A stretch of 64,000 bases of DNA from Octopus vulgaris. Taxonomy: Eukaryota. The DNA lies in assembly GCA_951406725.2 (NCBI GenBank), contig OX597817.1, positions 161,820,001 through 161,884,000 on the forward strand, read 5' to 3'. The notes beneath the pieces are model-generated. The model did not search any database. It was given only the letters and a program-made list of their open reading frames with translations, and was not told the origin of the DNA. Each line of letters begins with the position of its first letter. The first letter of the stretch is position 1. The position numbers and the translations under genes are program-made. Positions 25,479-41,300 of this stretch are shown here, piece by piece.

Positions 25479-25863
25479 TGGAAGCACTCCGTCGGTTACG
25501 ACGACGAGGGTTCCGGTTGATCCAAATCAACGGAACAGCCTGCTCGTGAAATTAACGTGTAAGTGGCTGAGCATTCCACAGACACGTGCAGCCTTAACGT
25601 AGTTCTCGGGGAAATTCAGCGTGACACAGAGAGTGACAAGGCCGGCCCTTTGAAATACAGGTACAACAGAAACAGGAAGTAAGAGTGAGAGAAAGTTGTG
25701 GTGAAAGAGTATAGCAGGGATCACCACCATCCCCTGCTGGAGCCTCGTGGAGCTTTAGGTGTTTTCGCTCAATAAACACTCACAAAGCCCGGTCTGGGAA
25801 TCGAAACCGCGATCCTATGACCGCGAGTCCGCTGCCCTAACCACTGGGCCATTGCGCCTCCAC
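25479..25863 (-). mobile_element. SINE family A
   Basis: Full-length reverse copy; imperfect TSD tgtttctatttat/tgttgctatttat. Confidence 0.92.
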
Positions 25864-26249
25864 TGTTGCTATTTATATGTCGTTAGCGTCAAACCATCAA
25901 ATGTTTGTGCTGCTCTTTGAATTCACAGATATAGTTTTGACCAAATTTCCATCATTTTGTACAGAGCATCCGAGGTAGATGAAAGAATCAAGAACCCCAA
26001 TTAACTTAATAAAAATTTTAGGGGTGAGGGATTGCAAACAGCATCACATGCAGGTTGATGCATTATAACTGGGGTTTTTTCAAGTTGATTGTCAAGCCCT
26101 AATCTACACAAGCTAAGTCAAATGCAGATACAAGAAATTGCAGGCCCGTTACAGAGTGACTGACTAGATCGCAATCGTCAGAGTATAAGAGTTCCCTAAT
26201 GAGTAAAGTAAGGAACTTTGTTTTGAATTTCAGTCTGGTCAGAATAAAA

Positions 26250-26350
<101 letters not shown>

Positions 26351-27508
26351 ATAATACATTAAATGTCAGTTTGAATCTTGCTTGCTTGCAATGTTACCCA
26401 GCCAAATTGGCGCTTAATGGGAAAATACTATGAATTAAGCCTACCCTGAAATGTTAATACGAATGGAATGAAATCAATTTTGCGTAAATCGGTTAAGTGG
26501 TTTTAAAGATATTAGAGATTTTTAGGGTATAAATATCCGAAATGATGCATAATGGGAAAATGTTCCAAAAATAATCTTCACCCTAAAGGGAAAAACTCTT
26601 ATCTTTCTATTAGACAGTGAGTTGACAACGTAAAAATACGATTTTTTTACAGAAAATGTTTTTATTTTCGTTTTTGTAAAACACAATATTTTAACCATTT
26701 AGAAATATTTTAAAGTGAATGTAATATCAAAAATGTAAGTTGTTTGTACAGTAAGTATTTATATTTTAGCTTTCTTTAAACAGACAATATTTTAATGCTT
26801 ATTTTAATTTTTTTTCAAGCGAATACCATTACAAATTTTTTTTGGCATATTTAAAAAATATTCTAAAGTGAAAATTACTTTTAAAATACGGTAAATATTT
26901 CGTAAAAAAAACCCCTTTGTAACCTCAGTGTAAAATAGTTTTTTTGCAAATGCATTCAACATATCTCACCTCCAAAGATTTGGCTGCTATTTTTAACACG
27001 CCCTGCTTCCACGTAACAGCTATTTGCGATAAAGGACCCGAAATATGTTACGTGGTAGCAGGGCGTGCCAAAGATAGCAGCCAAATCTTTCTTTTTCTGA
27101 AGAAAGGGGCTGTTTAACATGATTTCGATGTCACATTCATTGAAATCATGCTTAATAACCAGGAAGAGAAAAAAACCCACGAAACAAAAGTCCGTTGCTA
27201 AGAAACTCAGAGTTTCCTAGTCAGCCGACGGGTCACGGGTAGTTTTAGTATATATTATCAGTAGAACATACACTGTGTATGTGTTTTGCTTATACGTCTA
27301 TTCGCTGTGTTAAAGAACACTAAATGTCCCAGAAGGTGAGACAACTCTCCTTGAGATGATCGAGAATGATAGATATCGATATTTCTTTATTATTGAGGCT
27401 TATCGTTACCATCTACTCGAAACGATAATGGCGAAATATCTATATCTGTATCCAAATGTATGTATGTATGTATGTTTGTATGTGTGTATGTATGTATCTA
27501 TCTATGTA

Positions 27509-27625
<117 letters not shown>

Positions 27626-27638
27626 ATATATATATTTA

Positions 27639-27972
27639 GTGGAGGCACATGGCCTAGTGTTAGAGCAGCGGACTCGCGGTTGAGGGATCGCGGGTTCGAA
27701 TCTCAGATCGGGCGATGTGTGTGCTTATGAGTGAAACACCTAGCTCTGAAAGAAGATAATGGCGGACTTCTGCTGACTCTTTCTCTCACTCCTGCATCTT
27801 GCAGCTCACCAGCGACGGACCGGCATTCCGTCCAGGTGGGGAACCTATACGGAAACCGGCTCTTATGAGCTTAGGTGTTTCGCTCATAAAAACACTCAAC
27901 ACTGAGATTCGAACCCGCGATCCCTCGACTGCGAGTCCGCTGCTCTAACCACTAGGCCATATATGCATCCAC
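27639..27972. mobile_element. Two family-A-like SINE heads in inverted orientation
   Basis: 27639-27746 (+) and 27866-27972 (-) are reverse complements; the spacer is a different body (gcgacggaccggcattccgtccagg...ggaaaccgg). Confidence 0.8.
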
Positions 27973-27974
27973 GT

Positions 27975-28345
27975 GTGTATATCTATGTATATCTATGTGC
28001 GTATGTGTCTTTCTGTCTGTGTTTGTCCCCCACCACCGGTTGAAAACCGTTCCCATAACTTGGCGGTTCGGCATTGGAAACCGATAGAATAAGTACCAGG
28101 CTTAAAAAAATAAGTCAAAGCGGTGCCCCAGCATGGCCGTTGTCTAATGACAAACAATAAAAGACAAAAGATAAAAGATAAGACAGATTCTTTCAGTTTC
28201 CGTCTACCAAGTCCACTCACAATGTTCTAGTCGGCCTGAAGGTATAGTAGAAGATACCTGCCCAAGGTGCCACGCTGTGAGACTGAACCCGAGTCCACGT
28301 GGGTGTAAAACGAGCTTCTTAACCACACACCCGTACCTGTGCCCT
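27975..28345. mobile_element. SINE family B, rearranged (3' half on +, 5' half on -)
   Basis: 27975-28180 reads as the B tail half on +; 28185-28345 reads as the B head half on -. Confidence 0.65.
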
Positions 28346-28824
28346 ATAGCAAATTTTTAAAAAATTAAAAAAAGATGACATCACCACAGCAACGGATTTA
28401 CTTCAAGAGAATGAGGTGAATCATTCCTTTACAAAGAGGGCGGCCACCTGCCATGTCCTGAGGTGGCTACCCAACTTACCTATTGACACTATAGGTAGGA
28501 TACATAAATAGGTCGGTCGGTCGGTCGGTCGGAAGGTAAGTAGGTAGGTGGATAGGTAGGTAGGAAGATATGAGGGTAGGTAGGTGGATAGGTAGGTAGG
28601 AAGATATGAGGGTAGGTAGGTGTAACTGCGGGTGGGATGTCATGGGTATTGTCTCCCTCGTTCCTTCTGTCAGGCAAAAAAAAAAAAAAAAAGAAAATGG
28701 TTGGTCGGTGGGTATGTACTTTCAAGGCGACATTTGCGGACAGTGAGGTAAGTTAAGGACTAGGCTGGATAGGTGAATGTAAATAGGTAGGGGGTTAGGT
28801 CGATATATAGGTAGGGGCTCTATG

Positions 28825-28887
<63 letters not shown>

Positions 28888-29159
28888 GGAGAGAGAGATT
28901 TATGGCGACAAGGGTGGGTGTCGGGTTAACATAGAGTGCAGCTCTTACTACGGCCCCTGGGCTAGCAGCTGGGGCTTTACAACATGGAGGGAATCTGGAA
29001 ACGGTGGCAGAGATACTGATGATGATGATGATGATGACGACGACGACGACAACGACGACAACGACGACGACAATGAGACAATGATGATGATGATGATGAA
29101 CAGGAGGGGTGGGATGGTGGTAAAGTGCTTGAGGAAGATAAGGATGAGGGGGATGAGAC

Positions 29160-29454
29160 GGAAGAAGTGGGAGTGAATGAGAGAGGCAGGAGGAAGGAAA
29201 TGTAGGGAACAAAATGAGGACGAGTGGGAGGAAGAAAAAGGACAAATTCTCTAAAAGAATCGAAGAATGGAGAGAGAGAGAGAAAGAGAGAGAGGCCAAG
29301 AAAGAAAACGGAAAGGAAGAAGTGAAAAGGAAAAGAAAGAAAAAGAACGAAACAGGAGAAAGAATGAAATAAGGAAATGGATGAAAGAAAGAAAGAAAAA
29401 AAGAAAGAAAGAAGGAAAAACTGAAAGAGATGGAAAAAGAAATAGAAAAGAAAA

Positions 29455-29514
<60 letters not shown>

Positions 29515-29650
29515 AATGGATGGAAGAAAGGAAAAGAAAGGAAAATCTAAGACGAGTAGGGAAGATTGGAAGAATGGAAGAATGATTCACAGAAGGAAGG
29601 AAAGAAAAAAAACGAGAAAAAGAATGACGAAGAAAAAGGAAAGAAAGAAG
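29160..29650. repeat. Purine-rich (GAAA)n low-complexity tract
   Basis: Direct reading. Confidence 0.85.
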
Positions 29651-29906
29651 AGAGCGACTACTATGCGAGTAGGAGGGTGGGTGAAGAGGGCGGTGTCTGA
29701 ACCATTGAAGATGTCGGCTGTTTGTTGGTTGCTTACAATTAGCAGACGGTCTGTATACAGCGCCATTGACAATCCGTTCGCTCGGCTGCCTGCTTTCAAC
29801 GTCAACCTGATACACGGCAGCTGACAACCACCCAGACCTGGAATGGATCTACCACCGCTAACTTCAACCTCACAACCACTAATAGCACCACCAATATCAC
29901 GATCGA

Positions 29907-29940
<34 letters not shown>

Positions 29941-29964
29941 GCCATTGACAATACTTACGAACTA

Positions 29965-30485
29965 ACGAAAGAGCCTCGACGTGCTTGTTCGACCTCTTGG
30001 AAATAGCAGCCAAATCTCGGTGAAATCACGACTTATTTGTTTAAAAAACGAAGGAAACATCTTATGTTTACTATGTTTGAACACAAGTCAGGAAGGTCAC
30101 GGCTAGAACGTCTTCGATCATAGTTTTTTTTTAAAAATCTAGTATGACCTATGGCTAAACACTACTGTTACACACAACCACCATCACTAATACCACCACA
30201 ACCATCACCACCACCACCACCGCCAACGCCATCACCGTCGCTCCACAACCGTTACCATCACTACCAACACCCGTCAATATGAGATGACAAGGAAGCATTT
30301 AGGTGATCGTTCGGCCTGCTAGAAATGGCAGCTAAATCCTCCCTTAAACCACGTTCTACCGTCGTGCAAAAGGAACGGACACGTTGGATAATTCAGTTCT
30401 ACACATTCCAAATAAGACGAGATGGTCAGACTGGAGTGTCTTTAATCATCGGTTTGCTGGATTAAGGCTGACTTTATGGCTTCAA
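29965..30485 (+). repeat. Two copies of an old SINE/LINE-like repeat
   Basis: gaaatagcagccaaatc-type motif near 30000 and 30320; related copies at ~49810-50005 (+) and ~63900-64000 (-). Confidence 0.55.
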
Positions 30486-30499
30486 CAACAGTACCATCC

Positions 30500-31590
30500 A
30501 CGTCACCGTCAACTTTTATCCATTCTCACCATCACAAACATCACCACCACCGTCACCACCACCACCACCACCACCACCACCACCACTACCACCACCACCA
30601 CCGTTACAACCACCACGACCATCATCATCACCATCACCACTATAACCACTACCATCATCATCATCACCATCATCCCCGCCAACATCAATACGATCGCCAC
30701 CAACACCACCACCATACCACTATGTAACCTCCACCTCCACCTCCACCATACCACTATCACCACCATTCCAACCACGTTCACCTTCGACACCGTCATTACA
30801 TCCATATCCATAACTCCCCGCCGCCACCACCACTACCATCACCACCAACACCACCTACACCACTAATACCACCAACACCACCACCAATACCAACACCAAC
30901 ACCACCAACAACGACAACAACAACAATAAAACGAGGTACCTCAGGTCAACCTTGACTGAACAGAACTGATCAAAGGCGTTCCAGATGGGGTGGTTACGGT
31001 TAAACCACCACCACCACCACCACTACTACTACTCTGCAAACCACAGCAACGACGACCACCACCACCACCACTACCGCCGCTGCCACCGTCACCATCACCG
31101 GCACTATTATCCTATCGTAACACCGCCACCTTCGACATCACTAAACCACCATTTAGCACCATTATGAAAACCGCCGCCGTTATCCTCGTCGCCGCCACCA
31201 TCACACCCGCCAACGATACACTCCTCACCACCACCACCACCACCACCACCACCATCACCACCACCACCACCACCACCACCACCATCACTAACACCATTAA
31301 CACCACAACCGACGGCAATCCACTGCAACGCCACCAGTACCTCTAACGACATGACCACCACCACCAATACCACCACCACCATGGCTCTTACTACAATTAC
31401 AACACTGCAACCGCCTCCACAGCCTCCCTTCCACAAACGCCACCAATCTGCGCCTCCAGCATCATCACCACAAACACCATCGCCATCGCCATTGCCATCA
31501 CCACTGTCACATCAAACATCGCAAACACAACCGCCATCACCATCAACATCGTCACCATCATCATCATCATCATCATCACCATCACCCACC

Positions 31591-31624
<34 letters not shown>

Positions 31625-31712
31625 CCACCACCACCATCACCACCATCACCACCACTACCATCATCATCATCATCATCATCACCACCACCACCACCATCAC
31701 CATCATCACCAC

Positions 31713-31744
<32 letters not shown>

Positions 31745-31767
31745 CCACCACCACCACCATCACCCCC

Positions 31768-31801
<34 letters not shown>

Positions 31802-32440
31802 TCACCACCACCACCACCATCATCATCACCACCATCATCATCATCACCACCACCACCACCATCACCACCACCACCACCACCACCACCATCATCATCGTCA
31901 TCATCATCATCATCATTACCATCATCACTGCCACAACGACGTCACCAGCACTCCCAACATTACCACTACCACCACCACCACCACCAGCACAACGTCACAA
32001 ACACCACAACGACCATCACATCATTACCGTCAAAGCAATCAACACCAACACTACCACCACCACTACTGCAATTATTATTATTATTATTGCCACCCTCCCA
32101 CGACCATCATAAGTACTAACCATGCACTATCTAACACACGACTCTAGAACTGTCACCCCCACTGTTACACTCGCCGCCTCGCCTTCTCCGGCACCATCTC
32201 TGCAAATACCAATACTGTCATCACCAAACCACCACCACTACCACCACCACCACCACCACCACTACCATCACCACCGCAACCACCACCGGCGCCACCGCCA
32301 CCGCCGCCGCCACTGCCGCCACTGCCGCCGCTGCTATCGCCGCCATCGCCATCAACTGCTACCACCTCCCAACCATCGAGACTGCTGTCACCCCGTACCA
32401 CCACCGACACCACCGCCACCGCCACCATCGACACATCACC
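30500..32440. repeat. (CAC)n/(CAT)n compound trinucleotide domain
   Basis: Direct reading; source of the poly-T/H/P ORFs. Confidence 0.9.
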
Positions 32441-32569
32441 CAACGCTTACCATCCGTGCGTAGTTATATACAACGTGACACGACAGCGACAAATAAGGCA
32501 GGAGAAAAATAACTTGGTAGGCAGCAGCAGACAGATACACACACACATACACACGCATGCGTGCGCGAT

Positions 32570-34450
<1,881 letters not shown>

Positions 34451-34706
34451 TGGTTGGCGGAATCATTAGAGCGATGGTATTTAGTTACGGCCCTCTACGT
34501 TCTGATTTCAAATCACAGGATCGATAAAAACAAAAAGTGCCAGTCGATATAATCGATTATACCCTCCACGCAAAAATCAATATAGTTAATGGATACCTCA
34601 TATCAACGAAAGGTCAAGCTATGTAACCGCACTAACGCCTGCACAACACACATGCATACATGCATGCACGCATGTATGTATGTATGCATATACGCATGTA
34701 CGCATG

Positions 34707-34740
<34 letters not shown>

Positions 34741-35277
34741 TGTATGTATGTATGTATGTATGTATGTTTCTGTTCTGTTATTAATTATTTGAAGTCTTCC
34801 TGTGAGAAAGAGGCTGGTTTTCTCAGTTACAAAGCTCCATCGTTGGTATGGAGATAATAAAAAAATAATGTCACATTTTGAATCTGAGAAAAGTTTTGCC
34901 GATCTTCACTGTTCCGCTTACTGATTGTATTCGTTGTGTGTGTGTGTGTGTTTGCCGGTTGATTTCTTTATCTAAGAACGCGAGCTTTCAGCAATTTGTT
35001 ACTCAGAAAAACCAAGGGCACCGATTATTATTGGCATAAATGTGAATTGATAATCTGGGTATAGGAAACTGAAGATTTTGAGGCAGTTACTTGATACCTA
35101 CATTTCCCCTTGATTTTTCGAAGAGATGTTCATATGAGCAGGACAAATGATCTCACTGAAGGTACATACATTTTCTTTTCTATCCCAAGCAACGACATCC
35201 GGCTTGTTACGTTTGCACTTGGTTGAAGTTTTGATGGGAAATTCCTATCAATATTTATTATATTGATGTTTATCTAT

Positions 35278-35672
35278 GTACTGGCAGTATCGCCCGGCGT
35301 TGCTCGGGTTTGTTTCGACCCTTTAGAATTGGAATTTTTGAAAAGTAAAAGTTTGGTATTATGTAACTTGTTATTCTCTTTAAATGAACATTTTTCTGGT
35401 TGAAATACACCGAAAAATGGCAACACAGCAGTCAAAATATTGTAAAAAATAGGGATTTTCATAGAAAAAAAGCACCTTTTTGATGTAAATAATTTTTGGT
35501 GTTAACATCGTCCGATTTGAATTTTATCTTCTACGGAAGGAAGAGCAAGCCTTCTTCTATCATAATCTCAATTTTGGTCAACTTGCGCCGCAGGGTCTCG
35601 GAGGAGATAGTGTTAGTTGAAGGCTACCAAACCTGCCATACACAGACAACTTCAGCTTTATATATACAGAGA
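35278..35672 (-). mobile_element. Non-autonomous Helitron (same family as 7964-8333)
   Basis: On the minus strand it starts TC, has the subterminal hairpin cccgagcaacgccggg and ends CCAG|T (mutated CTAG). Confidence 0.8.
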
Positions 35673-36447
35673 TTTAATGACAGCGATAGTCTCTGTATTT
35701 ATCGCAGGAAAAGCTTTTCTTCAGATGACATTGTATGTTGTTTTAGCGACATCGTCGTTGTCAAATTGGGGAGTAGTAAGTACTCTGATGACCTTTCTAA
35801 GCGAGTGCTGATCACACGTGTGATCTCTTCCACAGAAATGTGACATAATCAATATTGTCGCTTGCATCTTGAGGTTCCAAGGGCTTCACCGTGTCTTTTG
35901 CTATTTCATTGCCATCTCTGGCTCTTGAGTTGCAAATGCATAGCCTTTGTAGTGTAATGTGATGTGGTGGTCACGAATAAAAGAGAGGCTGCTAATCATA
36001 TCGGTATTACTATCGTCTTTAAGTCTTCGGAACACATATTCATGCATTAATCTTTAACGGTTTGCTGAGTGTTTCGCATCCAGATCTTTTTTGCGGTTAT
36101 ATGCTAGTCCAGCTGTTTTGGGATTGTATAGGAGGTCATCGTTTAGAACGATGGTTCTCAATCTGGGATCCGCGGTCCCTTAGGGAACCGCGAAGGGCAG
36201 CTGAGATATTGTGAAAACGGATTAGCTTGAGACAGTTAAATTTTAAAATTTCAAGCCTTTCAATTTTTAGCATGCTATCATCCTTTTTCGCCATTGGCCT
36301 CAAAAACCCATGCCACTCCTGCACACTCATTTGCTAATCACACTTGTTGTACAAGTGTCAGTGGCCAATAGAAAATATGCGGGTAGAACCGTTGATCTTG
36401 TATGTATTGTTGGTATTTTTCGTTTCTAATTTGTTTTGTAACCAATT

Positions 36448-36844
36448 AGTGGCTGTGTGGTAAGTAGTTTGCTTGCCAACCACATGGTTCCGGGTTCGGT
36501 CCAACTGCGTGGCACCTTGGGCAAGTGTCTTCTACTATAGCCTCGGGCCGACCAAAGCCTTGTGAGTGGATTTGGTAGACGGAAACTGAAAGAAGCTCGT
36601 CGTATATATGTATATATGTGTGTGCGTGTTTGTGTGTCTCTGTTTGTTCCCCCTCACCAAACATCGCTTGACGATGCTGGTGTATTTACGTCCCCATAAC
36701 TTAGCGGTTCGGAAAAAAAGAGACCGTATGAATAAGTACTAGGATTACAAAGAATAAGTCCTGGGGTCGATTTGATCGACTTAAGGCGGTGCTCCAGCAT
36801 GACCACAGTCACATGACTGAAACAAGTAAAAGAGTAAAAGAGTA
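36448..36844 (+). mobile_element. SINE family B
   Basis: Homologous to 17128-17540. Confidence 0.9.
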
Positions 36845-37119
36845 ATTGATCAACTGATTCCTCATATTTTCATGTGCATTTATTGTATCCCAATAGGACA
36901 TTGCCCTGGATTAAGTTGTGGTTTTCGGGGTTACCGGTCTATGGGACATGTGGTTCATAGTCCGGAAATTATGGTTACACGAATGTATGTCATTTTTTTA
37001 CCATAATGATTATCCTGCATTTTATAGGGGGAAAACGGTAAAAACTTTTGAAAAATTTGAGAACAACTGGTTTAGAGAGTATGATCTGGGGAGCTCATAC
37101 ACCCGTGGGTATATTTTCT

Positions 37120-37502
37120 TTTATCTTCTTTTACTAGTTTCAGTCATTAGACTGCGACCATGCTGGGGCACCGCCTTGAAGAATATTAGCCGAACGAATC
37201 GACCTTGGTACTTATTTTTAAAGCTTGGTACTTATTCTATCGGGTACTTTTGCCGAATCGCTAAGCTACAGGGACAAAAACACACCAACATCGGTTGTCA
37301 GGCAATGGAGGCGAAATGAAAACACACACACACATACGACGGGCTTCTTTCAGTTTCTGTCTAATAAATCTACTAACAAGGCTTTGGTCGGCCCGTGGTT
37401 ATAGTAGAAGACACTTGCACAAGGTACCATGCAGTAGGACTGAAACCGGAACCATGCGGTTGGAAAGCAAACTTCTTACCACAGAGCTACGTCTGCACCT
37501 AT
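37120..37502 (-). mobile_element. SINE family B, older copy
   Basis: Reverse homolog of 17128-17540. Confidence 0.82.
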
Positions 37503-37784
37503 GTATGTATCTATTTATGTTCTTTTACAGATTTCGATTTTTGAATTGCGACCACGCTGCACACCACTCATCCGTCTCTAATTGTAGAACAATCTCTGTT
37601 ATGGATGGAGACACATTTAAAACAAAATGGCTGCGTTCTGTGTTGATGCGACTCTTGAGTGTTCTTTCTGAAGCACACAAATCAGAGGAAGTTTGAGTTG
37701 TATGGGAAACCAGAAGCTGCCGCTGCAACAGCTCTTCCATCTCTACATCATCATTGTCGTCCAAATACCTCTACATTTTGAATG

Positions 37785-38000
37785 ATTTCGACGTAGCCGT
37801 TTTGGCATCGCTGATTCGACGCTGACTTATTTTACATCAGACGTTTAAATGTTTCCCTCGTTCTTTACCTTTCTCTCTCTGTCTCTCTGTCTTTCAGTTT
37901 CTCCCTCTCTTTCCCTCCCCCCCCCTCTCTCTCTCTTTCTCTCTCTCTTTCTTTATGTGAGCATATATCTCTTTATGTGCATGAGGAAAGGGAAGGTTTT
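37785..38000 (+). repeat. Old dispersed repeat, unclassified (copy 3 of 3)
   Basis: Matches 22835-23020. Confidence 0.65.
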
Positions 38001-38028
38001 TTTGCCAGTTACATTCAACTAACAGTTC

Positions 38029-38115
<87 letters not shown>

Positions 38116-38887
38116 GTCGTCAGAGAAGTTACCAGAACGAAAGTGAAGACAACATCGGACTGTTTTAGGTCATTCTGCTCCGTATTTTCCTCCAAAGTTT
38201 TTACCCTCAAACCACTTTCCATAAATGCGTGTGTGATCGCAAGACAGTAGAAGTTTGATTTCAAAGTTGTCTCCCTCTTAGACAGACTGCCTTCCCAGGC
38301 AAACAAACTCCGTCTATCTAAAGCTCTAGTTTTAACGACTCTATACTTCGTCTTCTCGCCTTCTCTCGTCAGTAAAAAAACCACACGAAAGGTTAGACAT
38401 GATAGTTTAGCGTCTATTTGAAACCTATGCCGCAAGAAAAACCTTTTAGATAGGGAAGCTTGACAGTACTATCACTCCTGGAAGTGTATTTACATATATA
38501 AGGATGAATGTGGTTAATGGTTCGAAAAATGGTCGTCTTGTAAAACAGTCTTATTACGCAATGGTTGTTTCTCATATTTAAGATGGCGTGGCAAAGGGAT
38601 ATGTTTATATTTTCCAAGTTTTTCATGGGTAAAGAGGAAAGGTTAATGCGATTTCCGCTACACTTTAAGCTATCATTACTGTTATAAATTGTGAAAGTGA
38701 AAATATGTTACTGTTTGTTAACGATTGATAGTTAAGCATTAATGTGTGTGTGTTTATGTATGGACGGACGGATGTGTATACATACATGTATGTATGTATG
38801 TATGTATGTATGTATGTATGTATGTATGTATGTATGTATGTATGTATGTATGTATGTGCATACATACATATATATATACATACATGC

Positions 38888-38927
<40 letters not shown>

Positions 38928-38939
38928 GTATGTATGTAT

Positions 38940-39231
38940 TCGTCACCGTCACCGTGACCGACCAGGCTATCAGATGTTGCTACACATCGCTGGTCACAAT
39001 GCGCTTCGCATTGTTTTAGCCTTCAAATGATGCCACCCCGCTGGCCAACAGAAGAAAGAGTGAGAGAAAGTTGTAAGTACGGCAGGGATCGCCACCGCCC
39101 TCTGCCGGAGCCTCGTGGAGTTTTAGATGTTTTCGCTCAATAAACACTCACAACGCCCGGTCTGGGAATCGAAACCGCGATCCTACGACCGCGAGTCCGC
39201 TGCCCTAACCACTGGGCCATTGTGTCTCCAC
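38940..39231 (-). mobile_element. SINE family A head with an alternative 3' tail
   Basis: 39050-39231 is the A head. 38940-39050 is an unrelated tail ending ggtcggtcacggtgacggtgac on the minus strand. Confidence 0.8.
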
Positions 39232-39259
39232 ACACACCCATTGTGTGTGTATGTATTTT

Positions 39260-40924
39260 TACAGACATGACAGAAGTAAATAGACACCCTTATAATCATT
39301 AAAATTTATTTAAATCTGAAATTATTCGTTCAAATTATTTATTAAGTATTATAATGTGAATATCTAATATTTAGTAGACATGCCCTTTGTATTTTTCAAT
39401 GCAAGGATCCTATAAGGCATGCGGCTGATCAGATGACAAATATTCTCTTGGGAATTTCTTGCCAAGTTTCATGCAGTAATCCCAAAAGATCTGACTTTGA
39501 GGATGCTTTCTTGTTCTTTTTACGATGTGCCTTGTCTATTATGCCCCAAAGATGTTAAATAAGGTTCATATCTGGTGACTGGTTTGGCCATGGAAGTTTT
39601 TCAATGCCATTCTTTTCCAACAAATCTTTGCTCTTTTTAGCCGTGTGACAAGGTGCTCTATGTTCCATAAATAAAGTCTTCTTTAATCATTTCACCATTG
39701 GAGAAGATTGGAAGGAGTCCTTTCTGCAATATGGACACATATTTATCTGAATTTACGTTTCCATCACACTCCACTAGCACTGATCAACCATTGGTCCAAA
39801 TTGCTCCTCAGACCATCATAGAATAGCTGCATTGCTTCATTGTTGGCAGCAATCATTTTGTGTCAAATTCTTGATCACAGAGTCCCCTGACCCACACTCG
39901 ACTACTGTCAGAAAATACAGCAAATCTGGACTCATCAGAGAATAGTGTTCCAAAATGCTAGCGGCCACTCCATCATTTCACTGGCCTAATCTTTTCTCTC
40001 CTTGACATTGTCTGGTTGAAATGGCTTCCTTCTGCTGTTCTGCGATAGCAACCAAGTTTGTGGAGATACCTGACAGCTGTTCTGGGACTGACATCAACTT
40101 GTTCTGCTTTGTCAGAGGACTTGCAATGAGGATTATCCTCCACACTTCACTTAACAAAGCAAAGGTCCCTGTCAGAGGGCCCTGGTCGATGTGGGCAAGG
40201 TGATGTGGACTCCTTCCCCTCACTGGTAAATTGCACTATCACCCTATAAACTGTAGAAAGCGTGATCCCAAGGTTTTCTTCGATATTACGCTAAGCCCAT
40301 CTTCAGATGGACCCAACATAAGGCCTCTTTGCAATTTGGACAGTTCCAGGGCTTCTTTTGTACGTGGCATGATTAAACAGTCACATGTAGAACCTGAAAC
40401 GTAAAACTGTCCAATAAAAAAATATAAACCTTTTCAAGTTAAAATAAACATAGAACAATGTTTATGGGGTATCTATTTATTTCTTTATTTCTTTACTACC
40501 CACGCGGGGCTAAACATAGAGGGGACAAACAAGGACAGACAAAGGGATGAAGTCGATTACATCGACTCCAGTGCGTAACTGGTACTTAATTTATCGAGCC
40601 CGAAAGGATGAAAAGCAAAGTCGACCGCGGCGGAATTTGAACTCAGAACGTAACGGCAGACGAAATACCTATTTCTTTACTACCCACAAGGGGCTAAACA
40701 CAGAGAGGACAAACAAGGACAGACAAACGGATTAAGCCGATTATATCGACTGCAGTGCGTAACTGGTACTTATTTAATCGACCCCGAACGGATGAAAAGT
40801 AAAGTCGCCCTCGGCAGAATTTGAACTCAGAACGTAGCGGCAGACGAAATACTGCTAAGTATTTCGCCCGGCGTGCTAACGTTTCTGCCAGCTCGCCGCC
40901 TTATTTATTTCTGTCATGTCAGTG
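39260..40924 (-). mobile_element. Tc1-like transposon fossil
   Basis: TIR tacagacatgacagaagtaaatagacaccc matches the right TIR, which is split by a SINE. Minus-strand motifs MPRTKE..LSKLQRG, SDESRF, SAPCHTAK and WPNQSPDMNLI, with stops and frameshifts. Confidence 0.85.
40485..40901 (-). mobile_element. SINE family C dimer inserted in the Tc1 TIR
   Basis: Unit junction at 40669/40670; TSD tatttatttct at 40474-40484 and 40902-40912. Confidence 0.9.
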
Positions 40925-41089
40925 TGCGCGCGCGCCTGCGTATATATATATATATATATATCTTATAGTCATCTGCGTGTCATACTTAACGTAAATACAT
41001 CTCGAAAATAAATATTCACTGTGGCATTCTTCCGGAGATATGTCCTGTGGATGTGCTGTGTTTAAAAATGTAGTATACATCGGAGGCTG

Positions 41090-41300
41090 AAAGCGGTGAG
41101 CTGGCAGAATCGTTAGCACGCAGAGCGAAATGCTTAGCGGCATTTCATCCGCCATCACGTCCTGAGATCAAATTCCACCGAAGTCGACTTTGTCTTTCAT
41201 CCTTCGAAGGTCGATAAAGTAAGTACCAGTGGAGCGTTGAGGTTGATATAGTCGAGCGTTGAGGTTGATATTGCTGGCCTTGTGCTAAAATTTGAAACTA
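41090..41300 (+). mobile_element. SINE family C, older copy
   Basis: Head and core homology. Confidence 0.75.

Noticed and set aside
29737-29837. Minus-strand exon (cag|...|gtaagc) joined to the ATG at 32453
   Set aside because: Weak polypyrimidine tract, the frame continuing from that ATG hits TGA after 11 codons, and no recognisable protein.
30384-32463. His/Thr/Pro-rich ORFs resembling mucin or His-rich proteins
   Set aside because: Open in several frames and on both strands because CAC/CAT repeats lack stops; no splice or domain support.
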